The position numbers and the translations under genes were made by a program. DNA of 58,264 nucleotides, filler included, from Sphacelaria rigidula (lineage: Eukaryota), in the NCBI GenBank assembly GCA_964200075.2. It is 8 parts of 8 records of this genome, joined end to end, with 100 filler letters (N's around TTAATTAATTAA, not from the genome) between each part and the next. Parts side by side here need not be neighbours in the genome. Positions count along the whole stretch, not along the records: positions 36,480 to 43,674 come from CAXNAA020016020.1; positions 43,775 to 50,969 come from CAXNAA020016021.1; 6 more parts are not named here. One strand, 5' to 3'. Positions 36,480 through 50,261 of the stretch are shown in pieces. Below the pieces are notes generated by a model, which was not told where the DNA came from, did no database searches, and saw nothing but the letters and a program-made list of their open reading frames with translations. The number at the start of each line of letters is the position of its first letter. Positions within the stretch are counted from its first letter, which is position 1.

Positions 36480-37440
36480 TAGTGGCAACAGTCGGGCCCC
36501 GGCCACGCAGGCATCGGGGCCGCGAGTTCGGATTGCCGACGGGAGCGATGACGGCGGTGGAGCCTCTAGTGGGGACGGGGGTTCACGCGGTGGCAATGGT
36601 ACTGCGACGCGTGCAGGAAGGTCGGGCTAGGGGGACGGGCTTCGCCTTGGGGCGGGGCCAACCCAGGACAGGAGCGTCGGGACGGGTACGTGCCAACATA
36701 AAAGGGGGTTACGGGACTTGGCACGCGCCGCTCTGGGACGGCAGCAAGGCGGATGCGAGAGTGATATGCTGGTGCCAGGTTCCTTGGCGAACTGTGATTC
36801 TGGTATGTTGGATTTGTGTGGTGATGTTGATTTTCAATGCTGCAGTCAGAAGTGGAAATATTTGGTTACGCACTTACGTGCCTTGACGGGGACAGAGGCG
36901 GTAGCGCACCTTACCCGCATTGCAGAGATAGGCTCGGCCATGCTGCACGCGTGTGACGGCGATGTTGAAGTTTTCGTGAACCGAGTAGGGCGAGCATTTT
37001 TCGGGTCGCAGATAGATGTTCAAGGTGTTCGCCGTTGGTTTGGTGACCTCAAGGGTTTCCCGGATATCACTCGGTTGGCAAAGGTGCTAGAACAGGGCGT
37101 GCCAGTTGATGTCCAACCCGGGGGTGATTTGGTTAATGCGATGAACTATGGGAACCATAGTGGGGTGGATGAGCACCAGGACCGTATATATGAAAAGCTG
37201 CGCCTGGATGTTATCAACGGTCGCGCACTGGTATTCGATGTGAGACGGATCTTCGATATTAAATCATTTCGTGTGTCCCCGCTTGGGGTGGTGGTGCACC
37301 CCAAATTTCGTATCATACATGATCTCACATTTTCCCCCCGTCGAGCGCCGCACACCAGTGTTAATCCAGACATAGACTTTTTGCAAGCACCCCCGTGTGA
37401 GTGGCTGCGAAATACTGTTCCGAATTTATACCGACGCGGT
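36480..37440 (+). mobile_element. Ngaro/DIRS (tyrosine-recombinase) retrotransposon fragment: end of ORF1 and N-terminal RT
   Basis: ORF 36718..37446 has YGNHSG...DVINGRALVF...VSPLGVV..PKFRIIHDLTF...SVN, typical of the DIRS/Ngaro RT N-terminus. It is truncated before the catalytic YxDD. Confidence 0.8.
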
Positions 37441-37447
37441 TTTTAAT

Positions 37448-37718
37448 AGGCCCATGCTCTTTTATACATTTGAAGTTGGGCCCTGAAATTTGGTATGGAC
37501 AATGCATAGGGAAAAGAAAAAATTAACTGAAGTACAAAAAGTTTTTTCTTCATAAGTTAAGGGCAATAATCGGTATTCAGGTATCACCAAAATGCCCTTA
37601 ACTCATGAAAAAAAACAAAAACCGTTTGGTACTTCAGTATTTTTTTTTGTTATGCCCTATGCACCGTCCATACCAAATTTCAGGGCCCAACTCTAAATGT
37701 ATAAAAGAGCATGGGCCT
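37448..37718. mobile_element. Foldback MITE (~120-bp arms)
   Basis: aggcccatgctcttttatacattt...aaatgtataaaagagcatgggcct. Confidence 0.85.
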
Positions 37719-37719
37719 G

Positions 37720-40700
37720 CAAACTTCAAATCCGTCTCTAGCCTGGTCCAGCTCGTATCACTTCCCGTCTCGAACCTCCACACAATTTTCAACACAGCCC
37801 ACAGAGCCCGCAACCAAGATTGTCCGCCCGACTCTCCCGGCACTATGCAGGAGTGCATCTGACGGCCGTTCAAACCGACCCCCGTCCTCATCCCTCCACA
37901 CACTGCGTAACAGTTGTGTCACCCCGCGACTCAGATCTGCACCCGGCACTGAACTTGGTCCTTCAGTACCGAGTATAAGTCTGAGGTGTGGGAAGACCAA
38001 CCGCCACAGTCCCTGAGGCAAAGACTTCCCTCAGCGACCGCACGCACAAGTAGCAGCAAGCCTTTTTTAGCTGACCCAAGTGTTGCTGATTTGAACCTGA
38101 CCACATCGGATCATGTAATTCCCAATCAGTTCGATCGGGCTCCCTCCCCGCGCTTTGTAAAACGCACGGACCTACCTTCGGCCGGTTTTATTGACAACCG
38201 CCCCAACATATCTTCTGCTATGCCCCAACAGCCAAACTTACCTACGGTAAGCAGCCCACAAGTTTCGCTCCGTCATGCCCTGATGCTGACCCCATCCACG
38301 CAACTGGACGCAGTTGTGGTATCATCCCCAAATGTTTTGGAAGTTCCCCGACCTTTGTCACGGCGAAAGAGAAAGCCCCGTAAGCATGCCCCCCAGGACG
38401 CGCGAGCATCACTACGTACATCTCTCTCGAGCGGAAATCCTCGACCTCAATCTCTCCAAAATGCGACGACTTTGAGCTCGACGGCTCTATCAAGTATCCC
38501 AGAAGAAACAAAATCACACGATTCTGACGGCACTACTTCTTCAATCGACGACTCCAGCCCCGCACATCCTGGACCCCATTTGACGGTGATCCCTGCCAAC
38601 CAAAGACGATAATTTACGAAATCGCCCATGACCGCGCCACACCTGGAAATAATATACCGTCCACCCCCTTCTCTGGTGAGACATCTGACCCACCGGTGGA
38701 TCATCCGCCGTGAGTTTTTGCTGTCAGCCCCGCTGATCCTGACCAGTTTGCCTTGCCGGAACACGGTCCGGATCTTGTCGGCGGCAAAGTGTCTGTCGAT
38801 CCGGCCACTTTTACTACTCGCGTTGCGATCCATGCCGGTCCAAACGCTATCACGCCTACGAAATGCGTATCCTTGTTGGACAGCGGCAGCCCGCAAACGT
38901 TTATTCGAGAATCAACATGGAAACACATGAAACAGACCGTCGCTGCTGCTGCAGCTTGCGAAACCACCACCCAACCTCGTGTGTGGGGCGGCTTCGGTGA
39001 CTCTGCCGCGCCACTGACGACCCGTAGATCCGTACGTCTCAGGGTGCAATTCTTTCACAACACCATTCGATCTGCCAGCCTGGCAGTCTAGGCATACATT
39101 GTCCCCGACAGCACCATGCATCACGCCATATTTTTGGGCAGAGATAGCTATATGCGGTTTAATAAACGCACCTACCGCACGCTTCCACCATCAACGCCAC
39201 ATCCCCCGCCGCGTGGAGAATGCAACCTCAAACACTTCGGTACTCTCCACGGCGCCCTGGCTTATCAGAAGAATCCTCAAGCAACCGGAGCTGCTAACCA
39301 CCTACGATATAACGGTAGTGTAGATATAACACTCTCCGACGACCCGCAACTTCTGAAAGTTGCACTAGTTCGCCGAAATGGCATGCGAACACTTACGGGT
39401 CATTATCTTGCCAAAATGTTACCCCGTATTGGCGCACCAGCCGACACATACATTTTGTGTCGGCGGGACAACAACTCCTCCCTCTTACGGGACATGCTAA
39501 CTTGGAACCCGGCGATATTATAGGAATCGCCGCTGCTCCCCTGATGCACATCCCCCTCGAGACGTGCGTCACAGAGCCTGCCGCACCAAACACCACATCT
39601 CCGGCGGAGTCAGTACATTGTGTCGATGAACCTTACTTCGATCTCGCCTCTGCTACTCCACCCCAGGTCCACACCTTGGATCCTGCCCAGTCAAATTCCG
39701 ATCCTCCTGCTGAAGTGCTTCAACGCTTATCACCAGATTCTAGGAACAGCTTCTTGCACATGTGGGACCAACTGCCGCCACACATGCGCGACATCAATTT
39801 TGACCTTCATGGGCCCGGCTGGGAACCGGCAGTCATCCAAGACTAAGTGATGTCCTGCTACACTACCAAGACCGATTTTTTCGATCCAAGACGGATCTTG
39901 GGCATTAAAAAACACTGCCCTTTGACGTTTCACTCCAACCCGGTGTTTCGCCGATTTATTCTCGGCCATACCGTACCAACCCAATCCTTACCAAGAAAGT
40001 TGACGCCCTCTTGGATGCGTATTTGGGAGCGGGACTAATACAACATTCCTCCTCTCCTTGGGCCTCGCCACTTGTGGTCGTCTCCAAAAAGGATGAAAAC
40101 ATACGCATCACCGTGAATTATCAACGGTTGAACCCCGTCACTATCGTCGGTAAACTTCCGATTCTCCGCATTGATGAAGTCTTCGACTCCTTAGGCGAAG
40201 GCAAAATATTCAGCACCTTCGACCTCGCTTCTGGATTTTTCCAGAATGCTATACACCCTGACACAGTCCCACTGACGGCTTTTTGCACCTCGTCCGGACT
40301 CTATGAGTGGCTTCGGAGGCCACAAGGCGCCACCACTGCCCCGGGATGCTTTCAACGCTTAATGCAACGCGTCACCGAGGGCCTCGAGCACATCATTGTG
40401 TACTTGGATGACGCTATCGCTTTCGATGCCGCACATATTGCACATATACGCACTCTACGAGAATTTCTCTCTCCCCTATGTACGCACGATTTGAACCTGT
40501 CCCCATCCAAAGCTCGCCTTGGCGCGACCGACTTGGATTTCTTGGGGCATTCCATTTCGCCAGCAGGCCCGCATCCGGATACAAACAAAGTCAAGGCGAT
40601 GACTGATTTGCCGATGCCAACTAACATTTCTCAACTTCGCTCATTGTTGGGTGGGCTATCCTACTACCGCAAATGTTTGCCGAATGTATCGAAACGGATT

Positions 40701-43674
40701 CGCCCCCTTACTGAGCTACTCAAGAAAGGAGTCGTGTTTTCTTTTATCACAGAAATGGAGACTATCACTCGCGAATTACTCAAGACGCTTACCGAAAAGC
40801 TCGTACTGTGCTTTCCTGATTGTGAGGCAGTACAAAATGGCTCTCGCCTTTTCCAACTCCATACTGACGCCAGCACAAATTGATGTGGAGGAGTATTGAA
40901 TCAACCTCAGGGTGATGGCTCTGTCCAACTCTGTCCGACCCATCCTTTATATCAGCCGCGCTACCCTGCCCAACGAGGCCAATTGGAGCCCGCTAGAACT
41001 GGAAGGCGGAGTAATCACTTGGGCCATTAAGCGCCTTCGACAATATCTGTTTAACGTGCCCTTCGAGATCTATACGGATCACGGAGCACTTGAACAACTC
41101 GCTAAGGTTGGTGAACACAACCCTCGTGTACAACGATGGTTGGAGTTTCTAACAGCACACCAGTATACCATTAAGCACCATCCAGGCAAAACCAACGGGA
41201 ACGCGGATCTTCTTTCCCGCCTGCCTCTGCCGCCTACGGCCGCAGATTCCAGCCCGGCTTGTCGTTTAACGGAACCCGATGAACCCGGAATTTATGCGAT
41301 CAGACGTGTTTCCACGCCCGTTTACGCCCTCGACCTCCAGTGCCCGGAAACAGGTATGAACATGGGAGGATCTCGCCCTCTACCATATGACGCCGTCTTG
41401 GGTGGGATAAAACCCACTACCCCCGATTTTGTCGATTTTTGCACTTTCGGTACTCGCGCGAAACTCTTCGCGGAGACACCCCCAGTCACCCACCTTATCT
41501 CCGACAACACATGCTCCCGGTCCGCCGCCCGCACCACACCGAGTGCCCCGCCGCCACCAACAACACCTTCAACCTCTATGAGCCACCCAGCACAAGTTCC
41601 ACCGACTAACACGCAAAGCTCAGCAAAAACCTCAGCACCGTGCGCCACGCGCCGCGAAAACTCTTCGCCGCGCACTGATACAACCCCGCCGCCTATACTG
41701 GCGCCGCAAACATATTCTGCTCTCGAGCACGGAACTGACGCCTCGTCTCCTGCTCCCGAGACAGATACTGACGTCGGCACTTCTGCCCCGTCGCCTGTTC
41801 CCCCGCCGCCTGCCCTACCATGTTTGGTCGGCTCGCCAGCGGAAGTCCAACTACGCGAGTTTCTCGCCAGCTACTCCCACCGTGATTGGGCTCGTGAACA
41901 AAACACAGAACCGCTATGTCGCGAAGCCATTCGGTACTTACAGCTTGACTGTCTAGTCCCTTTTCCGTCCACACTTCTGGCCCCGGTTGGAACACTGCCA
42001 CCGCCAGTTATTTCTGACGTATACGAGCTCGTGCGTAAAGGCACCCTTTTTACTACGAGTAAAGGCGTGCAACTACTCGTACGTCGGCCCACGCCCTTGA
42101 CAGGCGTAATTGCCGCCTCAACTACCGGACGCACCGCTCGACTACTCAATGACGAACCAACGCGCATATATGTGCCATTATCAATGCGCCCCTGGGTCAT
42201 GAACGGCTGCCATACAGACTTGTCATGCCACCTTGGTGTCACCCGCACCCTCGCGCTCTTGGAACGCTTCTACTGGTTGGTTGGCATGGAAGTTTCCACC
42301 CGATTTTGGATTTGGCGATGCTTTAAATGCCAAGCCCGAAAAACTCCACGGCAGACAGTACGCTGGCCCGTGATCTCTACGGGACTCCCCGACGAGCCCG
42401 GCCACCTTGTGTCCTTTGACTACTTCGGCCCTCTCCCGACCACAGGTCGCGGCAACACCTATATCTTACTCTTCACTGACCGCTTTAGCCGCCACGCGTC
42501 CATGTACGCGGTAACCGCCGCAGATGTCACTGCCGCTGGAACGGCCGACATACTGATCCATGTTTACATTAAGCACTACGGCTGCCCGAAGCGACTACTT
42601 TCAGACAATGGTCAGCTATTTTGTTCGGACCTCTCGGATGAGCTTTACAAGCTCCTGGGCATCCGCAAAAATTGCCACGAGCGCCTACCACCCAAACGGT
42701 AACGGTGGTACCGAAAGAGTTAATCACACCATGGCCCAGATGCTCTCTATGGTTGTCAATGACCGCCAAAATAACTGGAACCTACATCTCTCGCACATCA
42801 TGTTGTCCTACAACAACTCGGCTAATGTCGCCACAGGTCTTTCCCCGAACGAATTCCACCTTGTGCGCTACCCTCGGCTGCCTATCACCGTGTTCGAGCG
42901 ACACACGTTCGACGGTCACCAAGGATTGGATCAGGATCAGATATCCTAGAACGAGCTCACACATGCACGACAGCGCAAAGCGTTTACCCTCGTGCGCGAA
43001 CAACACGCTATCAATGCCTCGCGCCTGGAGAGATCTAACACTGCTCTTTACAACCTCATGCACAAACGCCCTAACTGGAAAGTTGCTGATTGGGTTTGGA
43101 TCTAAAACAGTTTGTCGACCATCCGCCAAGGCACCAGCAAGGCAGCCAACGAAACAATTTTGAAGACGAAATTGTCCCTCAATTGGACAGGACCATTCAA
43201 GACCCTGACAGTCGGACCATCGTCGTCATCACCGGATCGAAAACCTGTTGGTGACGAACTGCTCTATCTCAACGTGCCTCACGACTTCTAGGGCAAAGAC
43301 ACCAAACCCCGCGTCTCCGTGCACAAATGCAAACCCTGCACGAACCCGCATGATACAAGCGACATGCCCAAGTACCCGCCGGCCGGACTCACACAGTACG
43401 CTCTCAACAGCTACTCGACCAAGCCCCCGTCCTACCACGTTACAGCCGACGACGTGACGGAACAGCCCCTTCGGTTGGCTGTGTCCTCCATTTCCGGCCA
43501 CCAGATAACCCGTGGTCGAGGAGGCAAGATCGCTGTCATGTATAAGACACACTAGCATGATCTTCGGAGAGCGTCTGGGGAACGCGAATGCGACCTGCAA
43601 TTGCACCGTCGTGCAATTCTTCTAAACTGGACGCAATCCCAACATCAGCATCTTGCTCACAACAAGAAATATCG
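37720..43674 (+). mobile_element. pol: Second Ty3/Gypsy element: decayed pol (PR-RT-RH-IN-chromo-like); LTR and gag not seen
   Basis: PR: LLDSGS at ~38875. RT: SPWASP, FDLASGFFQ, PQG, YLDD. RH: HTDAS, YTDH, NADLLSRLP. IN: H-H-CFKC, FDYFGP/SDNG/TERVN and WTGPF. The tail at ~43475-43630 is chromo-like. Many stops and frameshifts. Confidence 0.93.
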
Positions 43675-44612
43675 NNNNNNNNNNNNNNNNNNNNNNNNNN
43701 NNNNNNNNNNNNNNNNNNTTAATTAATTAANNNNNNNNNNNNNNNNNNNNNNNNNNNNNNNNNNNNNNNNNNNNGGAATACGACCTATTGCCCATATCAC
43801 GCACATCGAGAACGCCTTCCATTTAAGCGACTAATATCCGTGGGGCAGAGTGTCTAGTTCCGTTTTATACCCCTGAGCGTGGCATCAACCCTTTGGGGTG
43901 TTCAGCAACTCAGGGTTTATTTGAAAATTTGAAAATTAATCCTGAGTTGCCGCGCATATCTCTTCTCACGGTTCAGTTTTCGGGGTTTACCTAAGGGAAA
44001 TCGTCATATCCTGGCCTTAAATCCCACCTTTCTTAATAATCCCTGAGTTTTTCCTTATCCCTGAGTTCTGATTTGTGTTTCTGAAACTCTCCAATAAATG
44101 TTTCTGCCGGGTGGATCGCAATATCTCCTTCAACGTTTTCACGTGATTGAGAGTAGAGCGCTAATTAAGAATGGCTTTGACGATCCGCTGTAACTTCGCC
44201 AACTCTTTATATTCCGTGTGTGATTTTCTTTGCCTATATCACTGGCGTGTGCTTACAGCTACACGTCGATATCCTACTCAGAGATATCAAGGGCCTCAGT
44301 GGCAAGCTACTACCGAAAGCATACTGGGCCTCAGGGAGGTGCATTTTGGAACTGAAATGAAGAATGAACTAGTTGACCGCTCCTCACTTTCAATCGTACC
44401 CTCTACTCTCAATCTCACGAAAACACTGTTCTTCGTGGTCCGAGATTAGAGGTGGGGGTGGAAACTTCAAAATCAAGAATGGCGAACTTTTGGACATCCG
44501 GACCCTGATAGTCGAACATTACACAGACGAGCTCTTCGGGGCGAGGCGGGATCTCCAAGCCTCGTCGACCGTTTCACAGGAAAGGTCGTCGCCATGCGTC
44601 TGCCTCACGTAC

Positions 44613-44651
44613 CGGCCATTGCTTGTGCACAAGCAACCACCAGCAGATATT
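44613..44651 (-). CDS. Candidate micro-exon downstream of the PAS-gene large exon
   Basis: Boundaries tgtggcag|...CCG|gtacgt, 39 nt. Phase 0 reads NICWWLLVHKQWP; phase 1 reads EYLLVVACAQAMA. Confidence 0.35.
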
Positions 44652-46162
44652 CTGCCACAACACCACAGCAAAACAGTAGAGTTGCAGTGATGGTGACACG
44701 TGTGGCGATGAATAGTGAACACGAGGAAATGTGCAACCTCTGGTCTCTCAACCGTCACGAGATGCTCCCAGACGCCTGGTGTCTTGAAACTCTTAGTTTG
44801 GCATCGATCCTGCTGATATACTACATACCCATGTGGGGTCCATCTAAACCAACACATGCCTCTCTACAACAACTCGCGGGTTATTCCGACGGACAAAATC
44901 TCGAAGGAGAAACGGCGGGAGTTCAAAGGGTTAAACTGGACCGTACTCCATCATCAGGACCACTCGAACGTGGGCCACTCGTTCAGTTCTCGACGCGGAA
45001 CTACGTACGATAGAAGGTGACCCCCGCTCTCTCGAGAACAAGCCCGCGCGGAGAAACCTACTGCAAGTATAACATCTATTATGTAACTCTCGGCGGCGTG
45101 TGCGTCCTGTTTATTTCGGAGACATCGATTAAGTTATGTTTACGCACCATATCTCCATCAGCCAGCAGCGAATCAAGTCAGCGGCTCCTGTCAACCAAGC
45201 CCGAAACGGTAGAGGTACAAACCAAGTGCAACGAACATCATCCTCACCGCCCATGACCCCCTCGGTCCCCCACCCCAGACACAGCCACAATCTTGCGTTG
45301 CTGAAGAACAACAATCCGCCGGAGCACCTTGTCAGATACCTCATTTACAACATGACAGCTAATGGTTTCATATACACCCAAGCCCGCGCCAGCCGCCATG
45401 CATACGATTACCCATCGGAGTGACAATGGGGAAAACAGTACATAAAAAATACATCTAAGCGCAAAAGCGTTCCTCTAGTACAACAAGGTGTCACTATCCC
45501 TCTTTTCGACACGCACGAGACGGAACGAAGTCCGAAGTTTGGACGAGTATCAAGACAAGAAACGAAAAAGAGTGCCACATCAAGAGTAACAACAACTCCA
45601 CATATACGAGAAACCACAACACAGCAACGCAAGAGTGAGGTGCGGTAAATCATGACAGTCTTCCTCGAAGACTCAAGTGACAGTCTTCCCCGAAGACTCA
45701 AGGAGTCGAAAGGACGTTGACTGGGCACTTCGTGACGTATATTACCGTGTACTACGTGAAGTATCTCACCAACAAGCGCCAAACGAACCACAGGAAAGAA
45801 GTAGAACATATTTCCAGCAACGGAGACACTCATCCATCATACGACGAGTACTCCTTGGCCTTATAAACACCGTCCTCTACGGAGTAGTACTCCACGCCTT
45901 TCCCCATTACATGCCCTCCCACAAGTGCGAAACGTCAAGTCATGTATTGCCATGAACCTCAACCTCACGGACCTTTTTTATTTCATGCCAAAATCTGCTC
46001 CCGTTTGACTCCGAATCTAGTCGATCCTTTCATACGGCAGTCAAATACTTTCTAGTATCGGAGTCAAACAAGCCCCGTCGATGGCAAGAACTACGCTACA
46101 TCGGACTCTGCTCCTGCTACCTCGTCCCCAACAGCAACAGCAACACCATCACCACAGCACAC

Positions 46163-48961
46163 CTTATCTTGACCAAGCGCTTGCCATGGTTTGATGTCGT
46201 CACCGTGTTTACCACCTTCTTGCCTCGATTGCTGTGTAGTAGCCACCGCCGCGGCCGCCGTGGCTATCGCAGGCGGCGCGCTGCAAGCTTGAGCCATCTC
46301 GCTACGATCCACGTCAACGCCGCTGCCACTGCCGACTGCGGCGGCTTCACCCGCAACACCAACCCCAATCCCCGACAATCCGATAGAATCAAAACCTTGC
46401 CCAACGCCCAACGCCCCGCCTAACGTAGACCATGGTAGAGGGAACGACTGCTCTGGGTTCCAGTACATCGGTATGCCCCCATAACTACCATCACCACCGG
46501 CACCGCTAGTTTGCGTACCTCCCACAGCCATCCCAAGTCCTCCGGCCACCAAAGGCGGCACAGCACCGATAGCTGAAGCCCAATCGCCAGCTAGCATCCC
46601 CGACATTGCTGCTATCCCGCCGCCCGCACCACCCGCAAATCTCGAAACGTCAGGGTGGGACAGCGGCGTCAACCCGCCCACACCAAGTATGTCCAGTCGT
46701 GTGGCCGCTGCCGTCGCCGCCGCTTTCACAGCGCCGTTGCCACGAGGGTCAGTTGCCACTGCCCCTGTCCCTCCCGCAGCAACCGAAACATCCGACCCGA
46801 GGAAACTTCCGGTTGCACTGGCATCGCCACCACCCCTTCGTTCCCCCGTGACAGTCTGCTGCGTTACCGGTCGCACGAGCCCAGGACCCCTGGGCATCAC
46901 GCCAGCAAGCGCTGTTGCACTTTCAATCTGTAATCGCGCCGCAAAATCGGCCGGCCCCAAGTCGGCGGTGCCACCCCGGCCTGCACCTACTACTCCCTTT
47001 GTCGGGTACAATTGCCCAAACGACATGTTCACGTCGTGTTGGAACTCGCCCCCCGCGCCCATGCCAGCAGCACCGACGCCGCCGGTAAACCCCGATGTTT
47101 CCGTCGAATCTCTCCGTAATCGCGGCGGCAGAACACCCCACGGCGCCGGGCCATCAGGCGAAGAACGCGTGCTCTCTTTCCCATCGAGACAATCACCAAC
47201 CTTCTTTTGGCTGCCCAACACGCCCGCCGCGTCAAGACTAGCACCGCCGCAGCGTCCGCCAACGTCACGCGCCGCAGAGGTCTCTTTACCGCTACCACCA
47301 ACTACACTAGACAAGTCGGACGTAGTCTGCAACGTGCTGCGCGCCCTGCACTTCCCCGTAGCCGCCATCACCGGATCTGACCGACTGCGTGGTCGATTTG
47401 CAGTAACCTTACGGGCATCCTCAACACCATCGAGGCAAGCGCTCCCGTCACGCTCTCCACTAGCACCAGCGCCCTCCGCCACTCCCCTCACATCCCTCGT
47501 CCCGGCCTGGTTGAGCGTCTCCTCCACGGTAAACTCGCCCAGGTCTTCCAGCGGGTCTCCGGGTCCCAGGAGCACGTCCTCCCACGCCAGGAAGGGATTG
47601 GCACCGTCTCCGTTGCTACCCGTACTCCCGATGCCTGCCAGGGAGTTGTTGGTCCCGAGCGAAGCAGTTTCGTCTTCCGCCACTCGCGGCTGCAGTGATC
47701 CATTGGGAAACGAACAGCCCCGATCCTCCCCGGGGCTAGAATTCTTCCCTCCACTCGCTGCCGTCCCCCTGTATTCATCGTTCTGAAGTGTTGATGCTGT
47801 GCTCCTGACATTTTTGCTGTGACCACCCCCCTCCGCCGCTGGGGCAACCGTGCCCTTCATCCCAGATTTGCTTATGCTATGCCGCACATGTTGTTTCGAC
47901 CTCTCATCTTCCCGCATGTCATCCATCAGGTTTACGCCGCCGGTAGAACTGCTACCAACAATGGCACCATCGTCGACTTCAGCTGAGCTTCCCTCAGGCT
48001 TGATCGACGAACTAGCGGAGAACGTTCCAGGAGATGCTGTGCGGCAACTTGCAGGAGGTGGAAACTGCGACGGTCGTCGCAATTGCTGTTGTTGTGCGCC
48101 AGCACCATCGCCAACATCACTATCGCCAGCAGCACAACCACGTGACAGCGCGTCCACGTTTTCAACAGCAGGAGAGGTACTGGTCTTGCTCCCTCTCCGA
48201 GACGGCGGCTTAGTAAGACTCGGAGAGGACTGCGAACCCTCGCGCTTGAGTACCCGGCTTGTCACCCCCTCTACCGGCTCTGTTTGCAAAGCTTCTCGCT
48301 TCGTATAAGAGACACGCCCGTGCTGCTCTACTCCTTCTTGGCCTGTAAGCACACCGCTTGGAAGTTGTATGTGGCTGGCCTCGAACTTCGTAGCGGCAAG
48401 ACCTGCTGCTGCAGCCGCTCCCGCCCTGGCCACCTCCGCCAACCTATACCCACGCCCCGCCACAGTATCTCCGGCGCCTGGGTCAAACACTGACGATTGT
48501 TGATACTCACCCCCACCGCTCATTATTCCACCGTGCATGGTACCGCCTGCAACAATGTGGGCAGTCACAGACACTGACGGCTTTTGAGTGAAGCTCAGAG
48601 TACCACCACCACTTACACGACCCATCATCCCTGGCCCATCACAAGAGTTGGAGGTATAAGGTGTTTTCGAGGGTATGATTGATCGCTGCTGTTCCTGCTG
48701 TTGCCGGTCATTGAGGTGTCGGCCATCACCAATGTTTTCGGGCGGAGGCGGAGGCGGAGGCGGAGGCGCTGCCTGTTGCCTTCCATCGTACTTCTTTTCA
48801 CCATGCCTTTGTCCAGCCACCGCCCTCGCCCCGGAGGACGAACTGCTTCCATGCGACTTAGTCGGCACCTCCTGTTCCATCGGCATATCTTCCCGCTTAG
48901 TACTGTTGTCACCGCCGCCGTCTGAGCTTTTGGACTCGCTTTCGGGGTACTCTGCTTGCTC
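46163..48961 (-). CDS. Very large low-complexity (Gly/Ser/Ala-rich, probably disordered) exon of a PAS-domain protein
   Basis: 958-aa ORF. Polypyrimidine tract and gtgaag|GAG acceptor; AAG|gtgtgc donor. 2799 nt, phase 0-0, compatible with the PAS exon. Confidence 0.85.
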
Positions 48962-50261
48962 CTTCACGAGAGCGAGAGGGGAGGGAGGTGGACGGGGGCA
49001 GGGAGGGGGTGGGAGGGGGGGGTGAGGGGTGTTATATTTTCCGCGCTTTTGCTACGAGTAGGAATTCAATATTTGGATGGAAGCTATCTTGTTCAACTCC
49101 CTGAGAACGTTCGGGACAAGTTTAGGGATAGCTGCGGAACGTCAATTGCCCAAAACATATGGCCACCGGGATGGCCAAGAGGGCAGAATACGTCATCATA
49201 TTTGTAAACGTGGGAGGTACAGCAACCGGAGAGCGACAAGTACGAGAATTTCTCTCGGCACCTGCGACAACAATCTGCGCAAATGCAACGAGTAATGTTT
49301 TCTGATTGTTTGACACGCACGCCTCGCACGCGGCAAATGCGACAACTACGTAGTTTCCCTTTAAAGTCAAGGACGGGTACCGATGATCACACTGCGGAGC
49401 GTGCTGTACGGTACAATTACAGAATGAAGTCACAACGATCGCGTGTATATCCGTATCGCGACATGCAATCCAAGCACTTTGCCCCAATCCACGAAGCAAA
49501 ACCAATACCAAAATCTTCACGCAACTTGAGACACAATGCACAGCCATGCCTCGGCCATCAAGATACTCCTGACGAAAGGTTGGCCCCCTATTCCCACAAC
49601 ACGATAAGGATAAGAGATTCACCGGTAGGGGGACGAGCGCAATGAAAATAACACCGAAATGAACCAAAATCCAAAGCACTTGTGCCGCGAGCGAGGGAGC
49701 TATTTCATTCCCCACTCCTCCTTCTCCGATGATAAGACACCCATGAGGCAGTGTATCAGCCGTGGCTGTCTGGGAGTGGCGGTACCAGAAAATGGAGTAA
49801 TTCATTGGCGGTTATCATCCAAATGCAAGATAATCAGCACGCTTCGGGCCGAACAATCTAACGAGGATGCAGCTCACCCTTCTTGCGACTCGCCGAACAC
49901 ATCACGGCGCTTCGCGCTTCGAGTTTCGCGCTTCACGCTTCGCGATTGATTGCAAGCCTGGTCCGGCGGAAACCCGGCGTGCTCCGTCCCGAATTTGCAG
50001 GGATGCGAGGTCAATGGTCACATGACTATGGCATGCAAGATTATGAGTACACGCCCCTCCACCCCTCCGCCTCCCCCGCGTGCCCGTTGAGAAAGCACTC
50101 GCTGTTTTTCAAGTCATCAAGGCTTCTCAGAATATTTGACACCTGACATCTGACACCCTCCGCTCGCACAGACAATCGAATCCACGCGGAACACACGTAC
50201 ATCAGCAACTGATAATGCACCAATCACGCCTGAAGCACGAGTATCAGACAGGTGAACACAC

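Noticed and set aside
46689..48308. Long plus-strand ORFs (365 aa, 152 aa)
   Set aside because: Antisense shadows of the GC-rich minus-strand exon.
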